This document shows, one piece after another, positions 1 through 15,352 of a DNA stretch of 64,000 bases (positions are counted from its first letter, which is position 1; every line of letters begins with the position of its first letter). The position numbers and the translations under genes are program-made. This stretch comes from Anthoceros angustus (taxonomy: Eukaryota; Plantae; Anthocerotophyta). Location: positions 372,001-436,000 of the forward strand of contig VJWM01000019.1 of NCBI GenBank assembly GCA_010909165.1, read 5' to 3'. The notes below the pieces were generated by a model. It was not told the origin of the DNA and ran no database searches. It saw nothing but the letters and a program-made list of their open reading frames with translations.

Positions 1-713
1 GTGTAGCTTGATCTAGCTTGTAGTTAGCAGTAACACAACTCACACTTTCTCTTTGTATAAAGGTACGAGCTGTGCTTCCTATTTGATACCAAGTACCCTG
101 ATATGCCTTCAAATCAACAAAGTCCGCAGTAGGAGGATTGGCACATTTTGATGGAGCGAAGGACCTAGAACAAAAACCTTCATTTGCCTCAATGAGCGGC
201 TCTAAAAAGGCCACTATGAAAAGTAAAGAGAGGAAAAATAAAACACACATTCTTCCACTTCTTGATGACGCCATGTTTTATAATCACACCTCAAGTTTCA
301 TACAACCAAAGGCTATTTATAGCTTATACTACTTATACAAGCTATTTATGCATAATATTTATACATGGTGTCTTTGATATTATATATATTTTTCTTGATT
401 AAATTAATATTTATTATTTTTGAGCAAAATAACCCATCGTCCCTATTTCAAAGTCAATTTATAATAATCATAAAAATTCTTTGATCTTTATTCCAATCTA
501 GTTTTTAATTCAAAAGTATGCATATATATATCTATACCAGCCAACAACTTTCTCGTGTTGGACCATAATTCTAATATAATATTGTGCATATTTATTATAA
601 TAGAGTGAATGTGAATAATAAAAATTAATATGAATAATCATTCAATTTTAAAATAATACAAATAATTTGTCTTCACTAATTATTTTTCTCATTATAATTT
701 GCAACTATCGCTT

Positions 714-775
714 AAGTTGCAAGTCGCAGTAATCGCTAGTTGCAAGTCGCAATAATCGCTAAAGTTGCAAGTCCG
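714..775. repeat. Short tandem repeat, about 22-24 nt unit (aagttgcaagtcgcaataatcgct), about 2.5 copies
   Basis: The unit agttgcaagtc(g)ca.taatcgct recurs head-to-tail in AT-rich DNA. Confidence 0.8.
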
Positions 776-939
776 GACATGTAGACATTAGCCTACTGAT
801 ATTAATAAAATAGTTATAAGCCTAAACACGAGTTCATTGGAACTCCATAGTTAAGGGTCTCTAAGTACTTGAATGGGATGTCACTCATCTCATGTTATTA
901 TGCCTGGTTGTTATTGTTCTACGGGTTATTCCTGACAAG

Positions 940-1270
940 AGCTCTCTAAACGGATCAATTCTTGGATGGGTGCCACACATTCCATGTTACTACGCTTTGT
1001 TGTTAATGCCCTACGGAGTTAATCCTATCTTCCTCCAGACCAATCATAACTTGGATGTGGTGCCAGCCATCCCTTATGATTACTCCTTGTTAGTAGTGGC
1101 TCTATGGGATTATTTCTGCTATCCTCCGGACCCATCGGTTCTTGGATAGGTGCCACTCATCCCTATTATTAAGCTTTGTTGTTAGTGCTCTACGAGGTTA
1201 TTCCTGCCCTCATCCCACGCAACGTTACACTTTGTTGTTAGTGCCCTAAGGGGTTACTCCTCCCTTCGTC
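940..1270. repeat. Degenerate tandem repeats in an AT-rich TE-like relic
   Basis: Recurring motifs cttggat(g/a)ggtgcca, ctttgttgtta(a/g)tgc(c/t)ctac and atccctt/atccctatt. Confidence 0.6.
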
Positions 1271-3389
1271 CCCATTGCGTGGGACCGCATGTTGCAAGAG
1301 TCGTGAGGGGCTCCTTCCGAATGAAACCCTTGTCTAGGGCTTTGATGTACACTTTGATATACCACTAAAGTCTCTGAAATCAATAAGCAATTGTTTAGAT
1401 AAAACTCATGATATCCTTTTATGAAGCAACTTGTGGTTAATAATATTATAAAAACAAGATACACAAGAAAGAAGAAGTGAGAATTCTACTCAATCTATTC
1501 TTTCGAATTCTACTACGTACATTGAGGAATCTTAGTTCTCCCAAAAGCTTTGCTGGCATGGAAAATAGGAAACGCACTTTATTGAATAAGTAAAATTTAA
1601 AGAGTTAAAGAATTGTTTGAATAAAGTAGGTAGTAAAGTATGCGTTGAAGGCTAGTGACGAGGTTTCCCAAAAATCAACTACTATACCTAATATGTATAG
1701 GGGGTAGAGAAAGTGATCAACCCGATGGACCATGACTTCTCATAGCAACGTAATACTAATGTGCTCAATAATTGTACCCTACACTCTTCCTAAGAATGAG
1801 CATCCATATAAAATGCTATATAATATTTTACTCAAATATTCTAGATATTTTCACATATTATTTATAATATATATTCTATAGAATAATATATTGTCATTAA
1901 ATAATTCATTAATTTTAAAATAAAGTAAAGCAAAGTTTTAGATACAATCTATTTTCTATGGTCCATATGTACGTGTCTTTTGTCTCAACTCTAAAATGAG
2001 CATATCTTGGTGTTTCGTTTTTGTGTCAATTATCGCTTACGCTTTAGCCACACCTAAGTATTCATATGAATGACAATTTAAAGTCTTTGTGCTTTAATTT
2101 GTCTCCCACACCTTGCTGTTTTTCTTCAGTGCTGGTGGACTATATCTTTTGTATTTCAATCATCTTCTTTTGATGGTGATGGGCTACATTTGTGCTGGTT
2201 TTGTTTTCTATCATCATCTTTCTGGGGTGGTGATGGACTACACTTTTTATTTGGCTGTTCCTGTTGCTGATAGCATGTGAACCTCTTCGTCACGTACTAA
2301 CCTCTCATTATCTTTCAAAAAATATATAATTAAATTAAAAATATACATTGTTATAAATCTTGCAAATAACCTATTCTAAAGAGAGCGCATGGATGTGCGC
2401 CATGATCTTATTTATGGTCCGTCCATCTTCTTCCGTCTGTCCCCTCCATGGTGCTTACTAATGGATGATGATGTGATTGTGTTTCCTCCACAACCAATGT
2501 TTATACACATTAATGGCCATCAGATGTGAAAACCAAGTTTTCTACTCTCTAGTTCTCACATAAACAGGTTTGCTTGTACTTTCCCTTTACTAAAGCCTAG
2601 CCTCATCTCACTCCTTTCTAGTTCTCACATAAGCAGGTTTGTTTGTACATTTCCCTTTCCTAAAGCCTAGGGGCGGGTGGTCACTTTGTAGGTATTTCAC
2701 TACTTACCTAGTTCATTATGGCTCGTGATGTCATACCTGTATAATTGTAGACTATATCAAGTTAAATTAAATTAAATCAAATCAAATCAAATCAAATAAA
2801 TTTAAGTTAAAAGTCACTCTACAAGGGTATAGTATTTTTTTGCATGAATGTCAAATGATAAAGAGGACAATGGACTAAGGATTTTTTTTTGCATTGGGGA
2901 CTTATCTTTGCTACGCTTGTTTCCCTTGAATAATGTCACTCTTATAGACATGTTGGTTTCCTTCGTGTGAGACTCGTAAGAACCTTGTTACTAAACTCAA
3001 GGACCCTAGGTTCCAATGACGGACATGGTGCACAATGGCATATCATAAGAATAATTTTGTGTGAAGTTGCAAGTCAAAAGTACTATCAATAATTGTAGGT
3101 CTTCTTATCTTCCTACCGATCATTCCACGGGTGAAATTTCCGAAAATAATTTTCCATGCCTTCTTCCATATTGCTATGAGACTAACACATTAGAAAAGGC
3201 TCTTCAATCGATATTCATGAGAAGGAAGAAAGAAAATTAAACAAAGTAGAAAGAAAAAATGATTAATAATATCTCAACTTACATGTGCATGTCTTTTTCA
3301 ACCAACTTGAGATCCGATTATATTTAATCTCTTATGCAAAATAACTCATTCAAGGGGGTCTACTGTGCTCTAACTTGGGGCCTGTTGTG

Positions 3390-3600
3390 AAAAGTACCCA
3401 TCCCATGCCTTGATGTAAAAAGCTCTACGGGTCTTCTCTTGTAAAAAACAGCCCATCATTCGTCGTAAAAGAGCACTATGGGGCCGCCTATTGTAAAAAG
3501 CCCTACAGGATCGCCTGTTGTAAAAAGCTCTATGAACCTACCTGGTGTAAAAGGTTGTAAAAAGCTCTACGAACCTGCCTAGTGTAAAAGCCCTACGGAG
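3390..3600. repeat. Degenerate array of about 7 units of tgtaaaaag(c)(t/c)ctac(g/a)g
   Basis: The motif tgtaaaa(a)gc(t/c)ctac is reiterated every 25-30 nt. Confidence 0.7.
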
Positions 3601-4024
3601 TTACTCTGAATTAAATGCACAATCATGTTTACCATAAAATTTTTCCTTCATTAAATGCACGATCATGTTTACTATAAAATTTTTCCTTCGCAAACAATCT
3701 AAGTCACTAAAAATTGTTTATTGGCAAAGACGTATGTTCTTTCACTTTGGAAATGATACTATTATCCATACGGCAAAATATTTAGCTCTACTTTGTAGAT
3801 GAAATATTATCGGTATGATAGATATCTTTAAATATTTTATCTTAAAAGAATCTATAGGTGTATTTGTTTTTTTATTAATTTTTAAAGATTTATTTATCTG
3901 ATATTTATGCAGGTATCGGAACCTAAATGGAACAACTAGCTACATGATGGTTAAAATTTGAAAAGACTACCTACCTAAATACAGTATGGGGATACGTACT
4001 TACCTAGGTAATGTGCTTGGGGCT

Positions 4025-4133
4025 CAAAAAAAAGGCAAATCTGTACCTTCGCTTTGTCTACATATAGACCGCAAACTTTCAAAAAAAGGCAAATCTGTAC
4101 CTTCGCTTTGTCGACATATAGACCGCGAACTTT
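4025..4133. repeat. Direct duplication of about 55 bp just upstream of the UAP56 transcription unit
   Basis: caaaaaaaaggcaaatctgtaccttcgctttgtc(t/g)acatatagaccgc(a/g)aacttt occurs twice. Confidence 0.9.
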
Positions 4134-4213
4134 GCAAACCTAAAGCAGAAAGTGGGATTTGGTGGTGGCGAGCGTTATTTCACGTTGTAGGGTTGACAGG
4201 CTAGGGCGTCCAG

Positions 4214-4457
4214 GTGGGTGGTTTATCGGCCGCTCAGAGCTTCTCCCTGCCGGTGTGGAGCTCTTGGTATCTTGAGATACCTACCTCTCGAGCGGAGTCG
4301 CCCCAGAGCCCTGTGCCCGCGCGTTGCTGTTCAACGAGGTGGGCGCCTAGCCTGTCCCATTTTGTTGGTTCTCTCCTTTAGCGGGGCTTCTGTCGGTAAA
4401 GGCAGGCGCGTCTTGTAGTCAGGCTCTGAGTCCCCTTGTTGTCTGGGTGACACTCAG
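4214..4457 (+). other. Probable 5'-UTR intron of UAP56
   Basis: CAG|GTGGGT donor at 4214 and CACTCAG| acceptor ending at 4457, 8 nt before the ATG at 4466. Confidence 0.6.
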
Positions 4458-4465
4458 CCGCTGCT

Positions 4466-7927
<3,462 letters not shown>

Positions 7928-8704
7928 GCGTCTGAGCTTTAATCGCCCCATTTATCAAGCTGGAGAGCTTCATTTCTGGCACGATTATGTATTATGCTGT
8001 TAGGGGAGGAGAGGAAGATCCACCATTGTACGGATCTGCAGAGCAAACGAAGCTTTCTTCTGCTCGTTTTGCCATCACAGTAAACACCTGATTAAACAGT
8101 ATTCTCAAAGGGTCTTATCCTATGTATGTTCCAGCAGGATGTCGGGTGTTTAAAAGATTTTGTTGATGCCTTCTCTAATTAGGAAAGTAGTACCCTCCCT
8201 TGTCTCGTCAACAGGGTTACGCCCTTTGCTTTATGTAGCTCGATAGCAGTGAGGAATACTTCAAGAAAATCACTTCCGCCAGCCCTGAAACGTCAGACTG
8301 TCTGTTTGCGTTTCCAAGCATGTTCCAATTGCATCTGCAGCGCGTTCCCAAAAGGCATGAAACTGAGTTGTCGAGGGATTTGACTCTCAGCTCTGATGGT
8401 TTTACGTCCAATGGGGGTCGAATTCAAGTTGATCTTTCGGATTGGTTTGATGCATTGTGTCTGTGTTGAATGGTGGAGGGAAATTGTAGGTGGTAGCTGG
8501 ACCTTGGGATGGTGTTGAGTGTCTCGAAGTTAGCCCCTCTGAATTTCGGCCTCCTCCTCTTAGATATCAGCTTGACCATGTGCGGAAACAATAATGCTCG
8601 TTATTTCGAGTCCTCGGACTTGTCTAGTCCCCGGTGAGTTTGCCGGCATGTGCTTTGAGCAGCTCCTGAAGCTGGAAACAGCTTGGCTCCGAAACTTGTC
8701 GGTT

Positions 8705-9124
8705 GACAGCAAATTCAAGTTCCGTGAAAGTCCAAATGAGCATCACACGTCTGGCGACGAAGGAAAACTTTAATGCGACAAATTCTATGAGAAGATGTGT
8801 GAATGCCAAGATATACATGTGTGACATGAAATTTCATCCCCCTCGAATCTCTCTACCCTAATACTACTACTACTAAGTTATCAAAACCTAATAAATAACC
8901 ACCGGTGTTCTCGCCTTGATACTGTGCTGCCTTCCAACTGGAAGCTTCCGTTTGGCGCATCCAATCCGCGCAGCCTCCGGCAAGTCGAACAAGCTGAAGC
9001 CCGTGTCATCAATGGCCTCCTCCTTGCGTTCCTCCACCTTCTCCTGCTCCTGGGCCGCAACAGCAGCGGCTGGTGCGTTGCCTCCGGCAATCACCTCCAT
9101 GATGTCCTTGCCCTCCAGCTCCAG
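8705..9124 (-). pseudogene. 5'-truncated, degenerate duplicate of the RPP2 gene (3' half of CDS plus 3' flank)
   Basis: Translates to [46 protein letters not shown], then lacks the stop. The flank at 8705-8975 aligns by eye with 13610-13920 downstream of the intact RPP2. Confidence 0.82.
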
Positions 9125-9269
9125 CCCTGTGTGCTCCCCTCACGACATGCTCTGGTCTTCCTCGTTGTTTTCTAAGGTGCCTCCTAACCTCTGCACGACA
9201 GCGCCTAAGCCACCATTTCCATCAATAAAGTACTCCAAACGCATCATCCACACAACCTAATACGGTTGC

Positions 9270-10260
9270 AGCTGTAGCTTCCGACAAGGGCTTCAGCCTT
9301 GGTGCCCAGACTGAGGGATGGTTTAGCCGAGTTGAGGCGAGTCCTAACCACGAGAGACTCTAGGAACTTCCAGAGTAAGAAACCCAAGCTTGAGAACTTG
9401 CGGTTATCGGCTTCCTCGCCTATTGGAGAAATTGCCCGCTAACTCGATACAAGTTGTTAAGTACCTAGTCCCAGCCTTGGTACCTAGTCCCAGCCTTGGT
9501 GCCTAGACTGAGGGATGCTTTAGCCGAGTTGAGGCGAATTTCTAACTACGAGAGACTCTAAGAACTTCATGCGAGAGACGTGGAGACTATATAAAAAGAA
9601 CTTCATGGGAAATTTCATCTACCCCGAGGCGAAAGGGGACAACTCACGATGGGGGCACTAGGGACGTACCCTGCATTAATCTACCTTGTAATCCCCAACT
9701 GCCCCCAAGATGTCGTCGTTTGAGATAGGAAAAGGCCTACCTACCACCTCCAATGTCGTTTCTCCTGCACTCGTGATCGTCCTAAAGCGTACCCCAAATT
9801 TACCTTATAACTTCCAGTTGCCCCTAAGATGTCGCCATCTGAGATAGGGAAGGGCCTACTTACCATACTGCGTCTTCCATACTTGTGATCGTCCTAAACA
9901 TAGCGCTGGCCAAAGCCGGAGTAGGAAACCTCGCTTAGGCAATTTTTCCCATAGGCGAGGAAGCCTATGGGAGAAATTGCCTTATTAACTCATATAAGTT
10001 ATTAGCTAACTTATATAAATTGTTAACTACCAAGTCCCATGGAAGAAAAATTCCGGCCAAGTGGACTAAGATAGACTTTTCGTGTTCCAAACCTTTAGAA
10101 TTTTGTATTACTATCATACATAGATATTTATTATTGGGGGAGCTAGGTGTATGATATTTATTATTGGGGGAGCTAGGTGTATGATATTTATTATTGGGGG
10201 AGCTTGGTGTATGATATTTATTATTGGGGGAGGTAGGTACATATGTAGGTCTACAAGGAG
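9270..10260 (+). mobile_element. Non-coding relic of an unclassified repeat family with internal direct repeats and a 20-bp hairpin
   Basis: Direct repeats of about 77 bp (about 9293-9370 vs 9492-9569) and about 110 bp (about 9695-9790 vs 9810-9900). The motif tacaagttgttaagtac..agtccca (9448-9473) matches the reverse complement of 26125-26149. Confidence 0.55.
10123..10238. repeat. 30-bp tandem repeat x4 (gatatttattattgggggagctaggtgtat)
   Basis: Exact 30-nt periodicity. It produces the spurious (HTPSSPNNKY)n ORF on the minus strand. Confidence 0.95.
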
Positions 10261-10363
10261 TTGAACGGAACGCCAATCGGAGCATCTCATCGTTTCCTGT
10301 TGCCTTTGGACGCGGCTTTCCCGGTCGACGACTTGTCAAAGACAGAGAGAGAGAGAGGCATAC

Positions 10364-12715
10364 ATGGCCATGAAGTTGACGGACAGCGCAGACATGCAGA
10401 AATTGCGACGTTATCATAAGGCATCAGAGAACGTGCAAGCGGCGCTGCTGGAAGCGGTACGAGCGGAAATATAATTTCTCGGTGCCACGCACTTTGCCGA
10501 ATTCGGAGGATGATGCTAAACGACGTATTGTAGGCTCGAGCTCATGGATCTTCACCTTGGTTGCTTTGAACGCAGAATGGGCCTGCCTACATGCATGGTT
10601 TTATTGATTTCGTCCGGGATATAAGTGAAGAGGCGACTGTGGAATACGCTCTGGCAATCATCCATGATGAGCTGCTGTTAGGTGAGAATTTTCTGTCGCT
10701 TTACGGCGGTTTCGGAGGCTAGCTGCTTGAAGCCAGTTCTCGAATGCGCCTTTGTTTCGGCGTCTTTGCAGGCAATCCGCAGCGCGCAACATGGTTTCAC
10801 ACTCCGGAATTTGAGGACGAGGATGTATACCTACCATTTTCAAGGTGATGAGCTGCAGTGGGAAAGCTGCAGTCATACTTCGACGTATAGCCGAATTTAG
10901 CTGGATCCTCGTCCTGCACGAGAGTGCGTCTCTGTATGTGTGGACGCCTGATGTCTTTGATTGGCCCCGTGATCTAAGATGCATTAATTTGGCTCCCGCA
11001 GACTGCTGTCGAGAAGCATTTGGTTCATAGAAGAAAAGGCGTCCAGAATATTGACATTGGCGATCTGGTAGGCTTCTGATGTATTGTTCAAAGTTACAGC
11101 ATGTTCCATAGACCTCTACACCTTTATAAGGCCACGTCCTCATCAACATACGGACTGCTTTTATGTTTTGTCCACCAGCTCAAGACCCAGGGATGTCAAT
11201 AGTACAAAGACTCAGCAATTTCAAGATGCCATTCAGAGTGTTGTGAGTTGGCTATGCTCTCAGGTAGGCAGCACTGGTACTGACTGTTGGATCCTTAATT
11301 AATTGACTGGAACTGGTGCTTGCACATAGTAGAACTATTTCGTTCTGATCCGCCTATAGTATGAATAATGGTCCCTTTGCTTGCATGAATGTTGTTGTCT
11401 TCTGCACAGTTGCGGCATCCATCTCACCCAACAAGCGGGATACCAACTGCTGTTAGCTGCCTAGTTGCTCTACTCCGGACTGGAAACTCAGGAATAAGAA
11501 CTTTGTTCCTCCAGTCAGATGGCATTAAGCTTATAGCCCCGGTCATCTTACCTGCATCTTCTGCACAACATGTTCAGGTACGTATTTGATCCCGAACAAG
11601 CCATGCAGAACGCAGCAAGGTTATGAAACGGCTAGGTGGAATATTATTCTCATTTGGTCTAATGAACTGCTGGCTACTTCTTTCATCCATGGCCAGTTCT
11701 TGTACGAGACAACTCTGTGTATGTGGATGCTATCATACCATGAAGATGCAGTGATGAACATTCAAAAGACATTCGCAGTACGTCGTTTGGTGGAGGTGAT
11801 TAGGACGCCGTCTACAGAGAAGGTGTTTATCCTTTCATCAATTAACTCTTAAAATCAGTTAAGTCTTCACTTTTCTGTTGATTTGTGAGACTGGCTGACC
11901 AACTACTACAATGACACCATTAATTGCAGGTGATTCGAGTGGCCGCTCTCACCCTAAAAAATCTTATTACGAGAAAAAACCTTGCGATTGACATGGCGGA
12001 GGCTGGGCTTCTTAAAGCTATTCAAAACCTGAGACAGAGGTCCACATGGAGTGACGAGGTTGTCTACCCCTCTAGCTCCTTGATGGATAACATTTCGTTT
12101 TAAATGGCTTAGTTTCAGATGCATCTGACAATGGTAGTGGAATTGCAGGAGCTTGCAGAAGCTCTTGATTCAATAGAGGGTACCCTGAAGGACAACGTCA
12201 AGGAATTCATGATCATCTCCTTTGAGAAGTACAAGCAGGAACTACTCTCTGGGAACCCAGGCTGGACTCCAATGCATGAAGATCCATTGTTTTGGACGGA
12301 CCACCTGCATAAATTTGAGGAAAATGACTTCCAGGTACGCGGTGGCACTATAGTTGCGGTGTCTGCCTAGTCGTGAGCTTTTCAATTCCTTCTCACTAGT
12401 TGCACAATGGGATTTACCAACCTTGCTTCCTGGCAGATTGTGCACAGCCTTGTAGATATCCTGAACAATTCAAGACATCCAGAGCCTCTTGCGGTAGCGT
12501 GCCATGACCTCTCATGCTTCGTCCAGAAGCACCCATATGGGCGTGACGTTTTGCAGCGTCTAAAGGTTAAGGACCGCCTACTGGAGCTCACGAGGCATGA
12601 AGATTCAGATGTTGCTGGGAAGGCTCTTGTTTGTGTGCAGAGAATTCTTCTCAGTTCAAAATATGTCACATGGATGGATAAATTATTCGATAAAAAAAAA
12701 GAGGAGAAACCATAG
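10364..12715 (+). CDS. VHA-H: V-type proton ATPase subunit H, divergent, multi-exon; start codon uncertain
   Basis: Spliced exons give MQKLRRYHK..ALLEA, NGPAYMHGF..TVEYALAII, RLLSRSIWFIEEKASRIL, WLCSQLRHPSHP, FLYETTLCMWMLSY, TEKVIRV, SFEKYKQELLSG..WTPMHEDPLFW..FEENDFQI and LAVACHDL..KALVCVQRILLSSKY. These are collinear with plant VHA-H. Confidence 0.9.
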
Positions 12716-13924
12716 GATGGCCAGTAGCCCGGAAGTAAACCAACCAAATATCACTCGTAGGTCGTTCCCTAGATTAACTAACTGATGCCAAATAACTCGT
12801 TTGAAATCAGAAACGTTTTTGTCTCGCACAAGGGCGACAACACCAGAGCCCTGAGTATAGTTTGCCGTCTTCGGTCATCAAACTTTTTAGCCGGTCGCAG
12901 AGCTCTGGATCTTCGCCTCAATTATGTGATGAGAACTCTTCCCTGCCAGCTGAGGAAAGCGGTTACGACAAGCAGTACAGTTAAACAATAGACACAAACC
13001 AACACATTTGAAGATACCTGTCCAATGTGTAGTGCCATCCCCGATGTCTTCACGGATGACAGAACGAAATGCTTCACCAGCTACACAGGAGCCAGCAATT
13101 CAAAACGTGCTCCCTTGTTTGCAAAAGTGTTAGCCAACCTGCAGACAACATAAAAGAATGTACACAGTAAGGAATGTTCCCTCACCTGCGTGTCATGTCC
13201 CCACTCGCTGTGTTGGGATGTCAACTTGGTAGCTTAAGAATGGCCTCCCAGATAGATTATTCAACAGAATCCACAACACCACAATTCGTCTATTTTGCAC
13301 AGATGTGGAACTGCTTGGAACACTTATCACCAGGGAAAGAAACACACAACCTTGGATGACATGCACTGGCGCTCATCTAAAGGAGCACAGAAATCTCCAG
13401 CAAAGCCTGCAAGGGTTAGGCACCATAGCAGAAGAACCATCACAGCACCGGATCTCACGCAAAAAATCGGAAGTAGTACCAGCGGCAGTCAAATCAAGCA
13501 CCTTAGGCGTGAATCTGTCTGGACTTTTGTTATGCAAGTCTACAGAGTTGACTGTCTCACTCATGCTCCGTAATACAAAGTTACCACAAGCATCCCGATC
13601 CCGTTTACACAAGCACAAACACGTTCCAAGAAAATCCAAGTCACAATCCTGGCGAGGAAGGAGGATAATTTCAGAGAGCCAAAATTTTATGACAAGAAGC
13701 AACGCCAAGACATACATGCGTGAGACGCAATTCCATCCCACTCGCATCTCTCCACCCTAATACTACTGCTCCTGCGCCTTCAAAACCTAAACAACCACCG
13801 GCGTCCTCGCCATACTACTACGGCCGCCTTCTCAAATCGGCTGGCAGCTCCTGTTGACGCATTCAATCCGTCGCGGCCTCCGCCAGGGCTGATGGTGCTA
13901 AATCACAAGAAAACAACCGCCCGC

Positions 13925-14266
13925 CTAGTCGAACAAGCTGAAGCCCATGTCATCATCAGACTCCTCCTTGGGTTCCTCCACCTTCTCCACCTCCTTGGCC
14001 ACAGCAGCCGCTGCTGGTGCGGCTGCGCCAGCGGACACGGCCACAGCAGCGCCTCCACCGCCACCGGCTGGCACGGAAGCAAGCTTGTGCTTGCCTCCGG
14101 CAATCACCTCCAGGATGTCCTTGCCCTGCAGCTCCGACAGCAGAAGCGATATCCTGCTGTTATCGGCTTCCGCGCCTACAGAGGACAAGATGCCCTTGAT
14201 GTCCTCAGCCGAGGGGGACTCCTTGCCCCCCAGCAGCGCCAGCAAGTACGCAGCAATCACCTTCAT
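13925..14266 (-). CDS. RPP2: 60S acidic ribosomal protein P2, intronless
   Basis: [14 protein letters not shown] start, Ala/Gly hinge and the conserved terminus [13 protein letters not shown]. Confidence 0.96.
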   Translation of the reverse strand: MKVIAAYLLALLGGKESPSAEDIKGILSSVGAEADNSRISLLLSELQGKDILEVIAGGKHKLASVPAGGGGGAAVAVSAGAAAPAAAAVAKEVEKVEEPKEESDDDMGFSLFD

Positions 14267-14553
14267 GGTCGCTCCGATTCAATCCCGCTCACCTCGATTT
14301 GCAGACACTGGAGGAGGTCGCAAAAGGAAGAGAACGTGGCTCGGTGACTGCTCTATACCTAGGGCTAGGGCATGACCTCGTGCTGTAGTACTGAATCTGG
14401 CCGGCTTATTTTTGCGTTATGAGAAATAATTGTTTCTAGCAAATTGTGTGAGAAATAAATTCGGCACCGTTGGTGATTTTACGGCTACCTCGCTAGACAA
14501 GTTGCCGGTCTACGAGGGAAACAAGTCCTCTGTTGTACCAAATGGGGTGGAGA

Positions 14554-15200
14554 TTTTATTAAGGTGAAAAAACGATGGGAAAAGCCCATCTAGGAGGGGA
14601 CAACCAAAGGGGACCAGGGGTCGAGGTGAAGGGGAGCAAATAAGCTCCCTACCTAAAGTCACCTACAGCACCCACAATATCATATGCAGGAAGAATAAAC
14701 GGCCTGCAAACCACGGAGGTAGAGGAAGATGCGTCACCTACTGTCGCCGCCTTGTGGAGGATCGCCGTTGAGAGCGCCCGTTGAAGGGCAATTGAAACCC
14801 GTTGTCGGAAGTATACTGTGAAGTACGAGAGGGACACCGTGTTCACGTGCATGGTAAGCTTTGGCAGGACTTGACAAATTTGTGAAAGTCCTCAGCCATT
14901 GCCCCATACGTTTCTAGTGCAAGCGGAATAAAGAGGTGGCCCGCTTGCATCCTACTATATTTATGCGGACCTTGAGAGCCCGGCAAAGAGCCCAACTGGA
15001 TGGTTAGTGATGACCTGAGCGGAGATGGTATCTCGTGTAGGATCGGTAACCACCACATCTGCCACCGAAACCTGGTCGCCACGGACAAGGTACAGGTCAG
15101 CCCTGATTGAACGACCTGTACGAAGAGTATACATCCGCTCCCTCCATGCCATGTAGCCGCTTTCGCGAGCGATGGCGAACATGACATCGCGGATGTTTCA
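14554..15200 (-). mobile_element. 5'-truncated 3' end of a non-LTR retrotransposon with a restriction-like endonuclease (CRE/NeSL-like)
   Basis: Frameshifted translation RADLYL..DVVVTDP..KY..HLFIPLALETYG..YFRQRVSIALQRA matches the PD-(D/E)xK RLE tail of such LINEs. The 3' UTR ends in CCTTAATAAAA, shared with the copy at 55890. Confidence 0.75.
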
Positions 15201-15352
15201 GGAAATTGCTAGGGATGTTTCAGGAATTTTGTTCACTGAAGCAAAGCCAGTGGTAACATTTACGACCAACATTTCTCTCTATTTTGATTTAAAAATTATG
15301 TACATTGATTCCCATATATACAATATATACACATCAACAAAGGATGTTGCTC

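Noticed and set aside
82-92. tRNA-Met PBS-like TGGTATCA on the minus strand
   Set aside because: Not preceded by an LTR-type CA end, and no gag or pol remnants were recognised nearby.
3390-3600. Repeat-spacer-like array (CRISPR-like look)
   Set aside because: Units are degenerate, the spacers are short and related to each other, there are no cas genes, and the context is eukaryotic. This also applies to the other arrays in the window.
12922-12955. Possible box C/D snoRNA (GTGATGA...CTGA)
   Set aside because: The boxes are only about 20 nt apart, with no terminal stem or recognisable rRNA guide.
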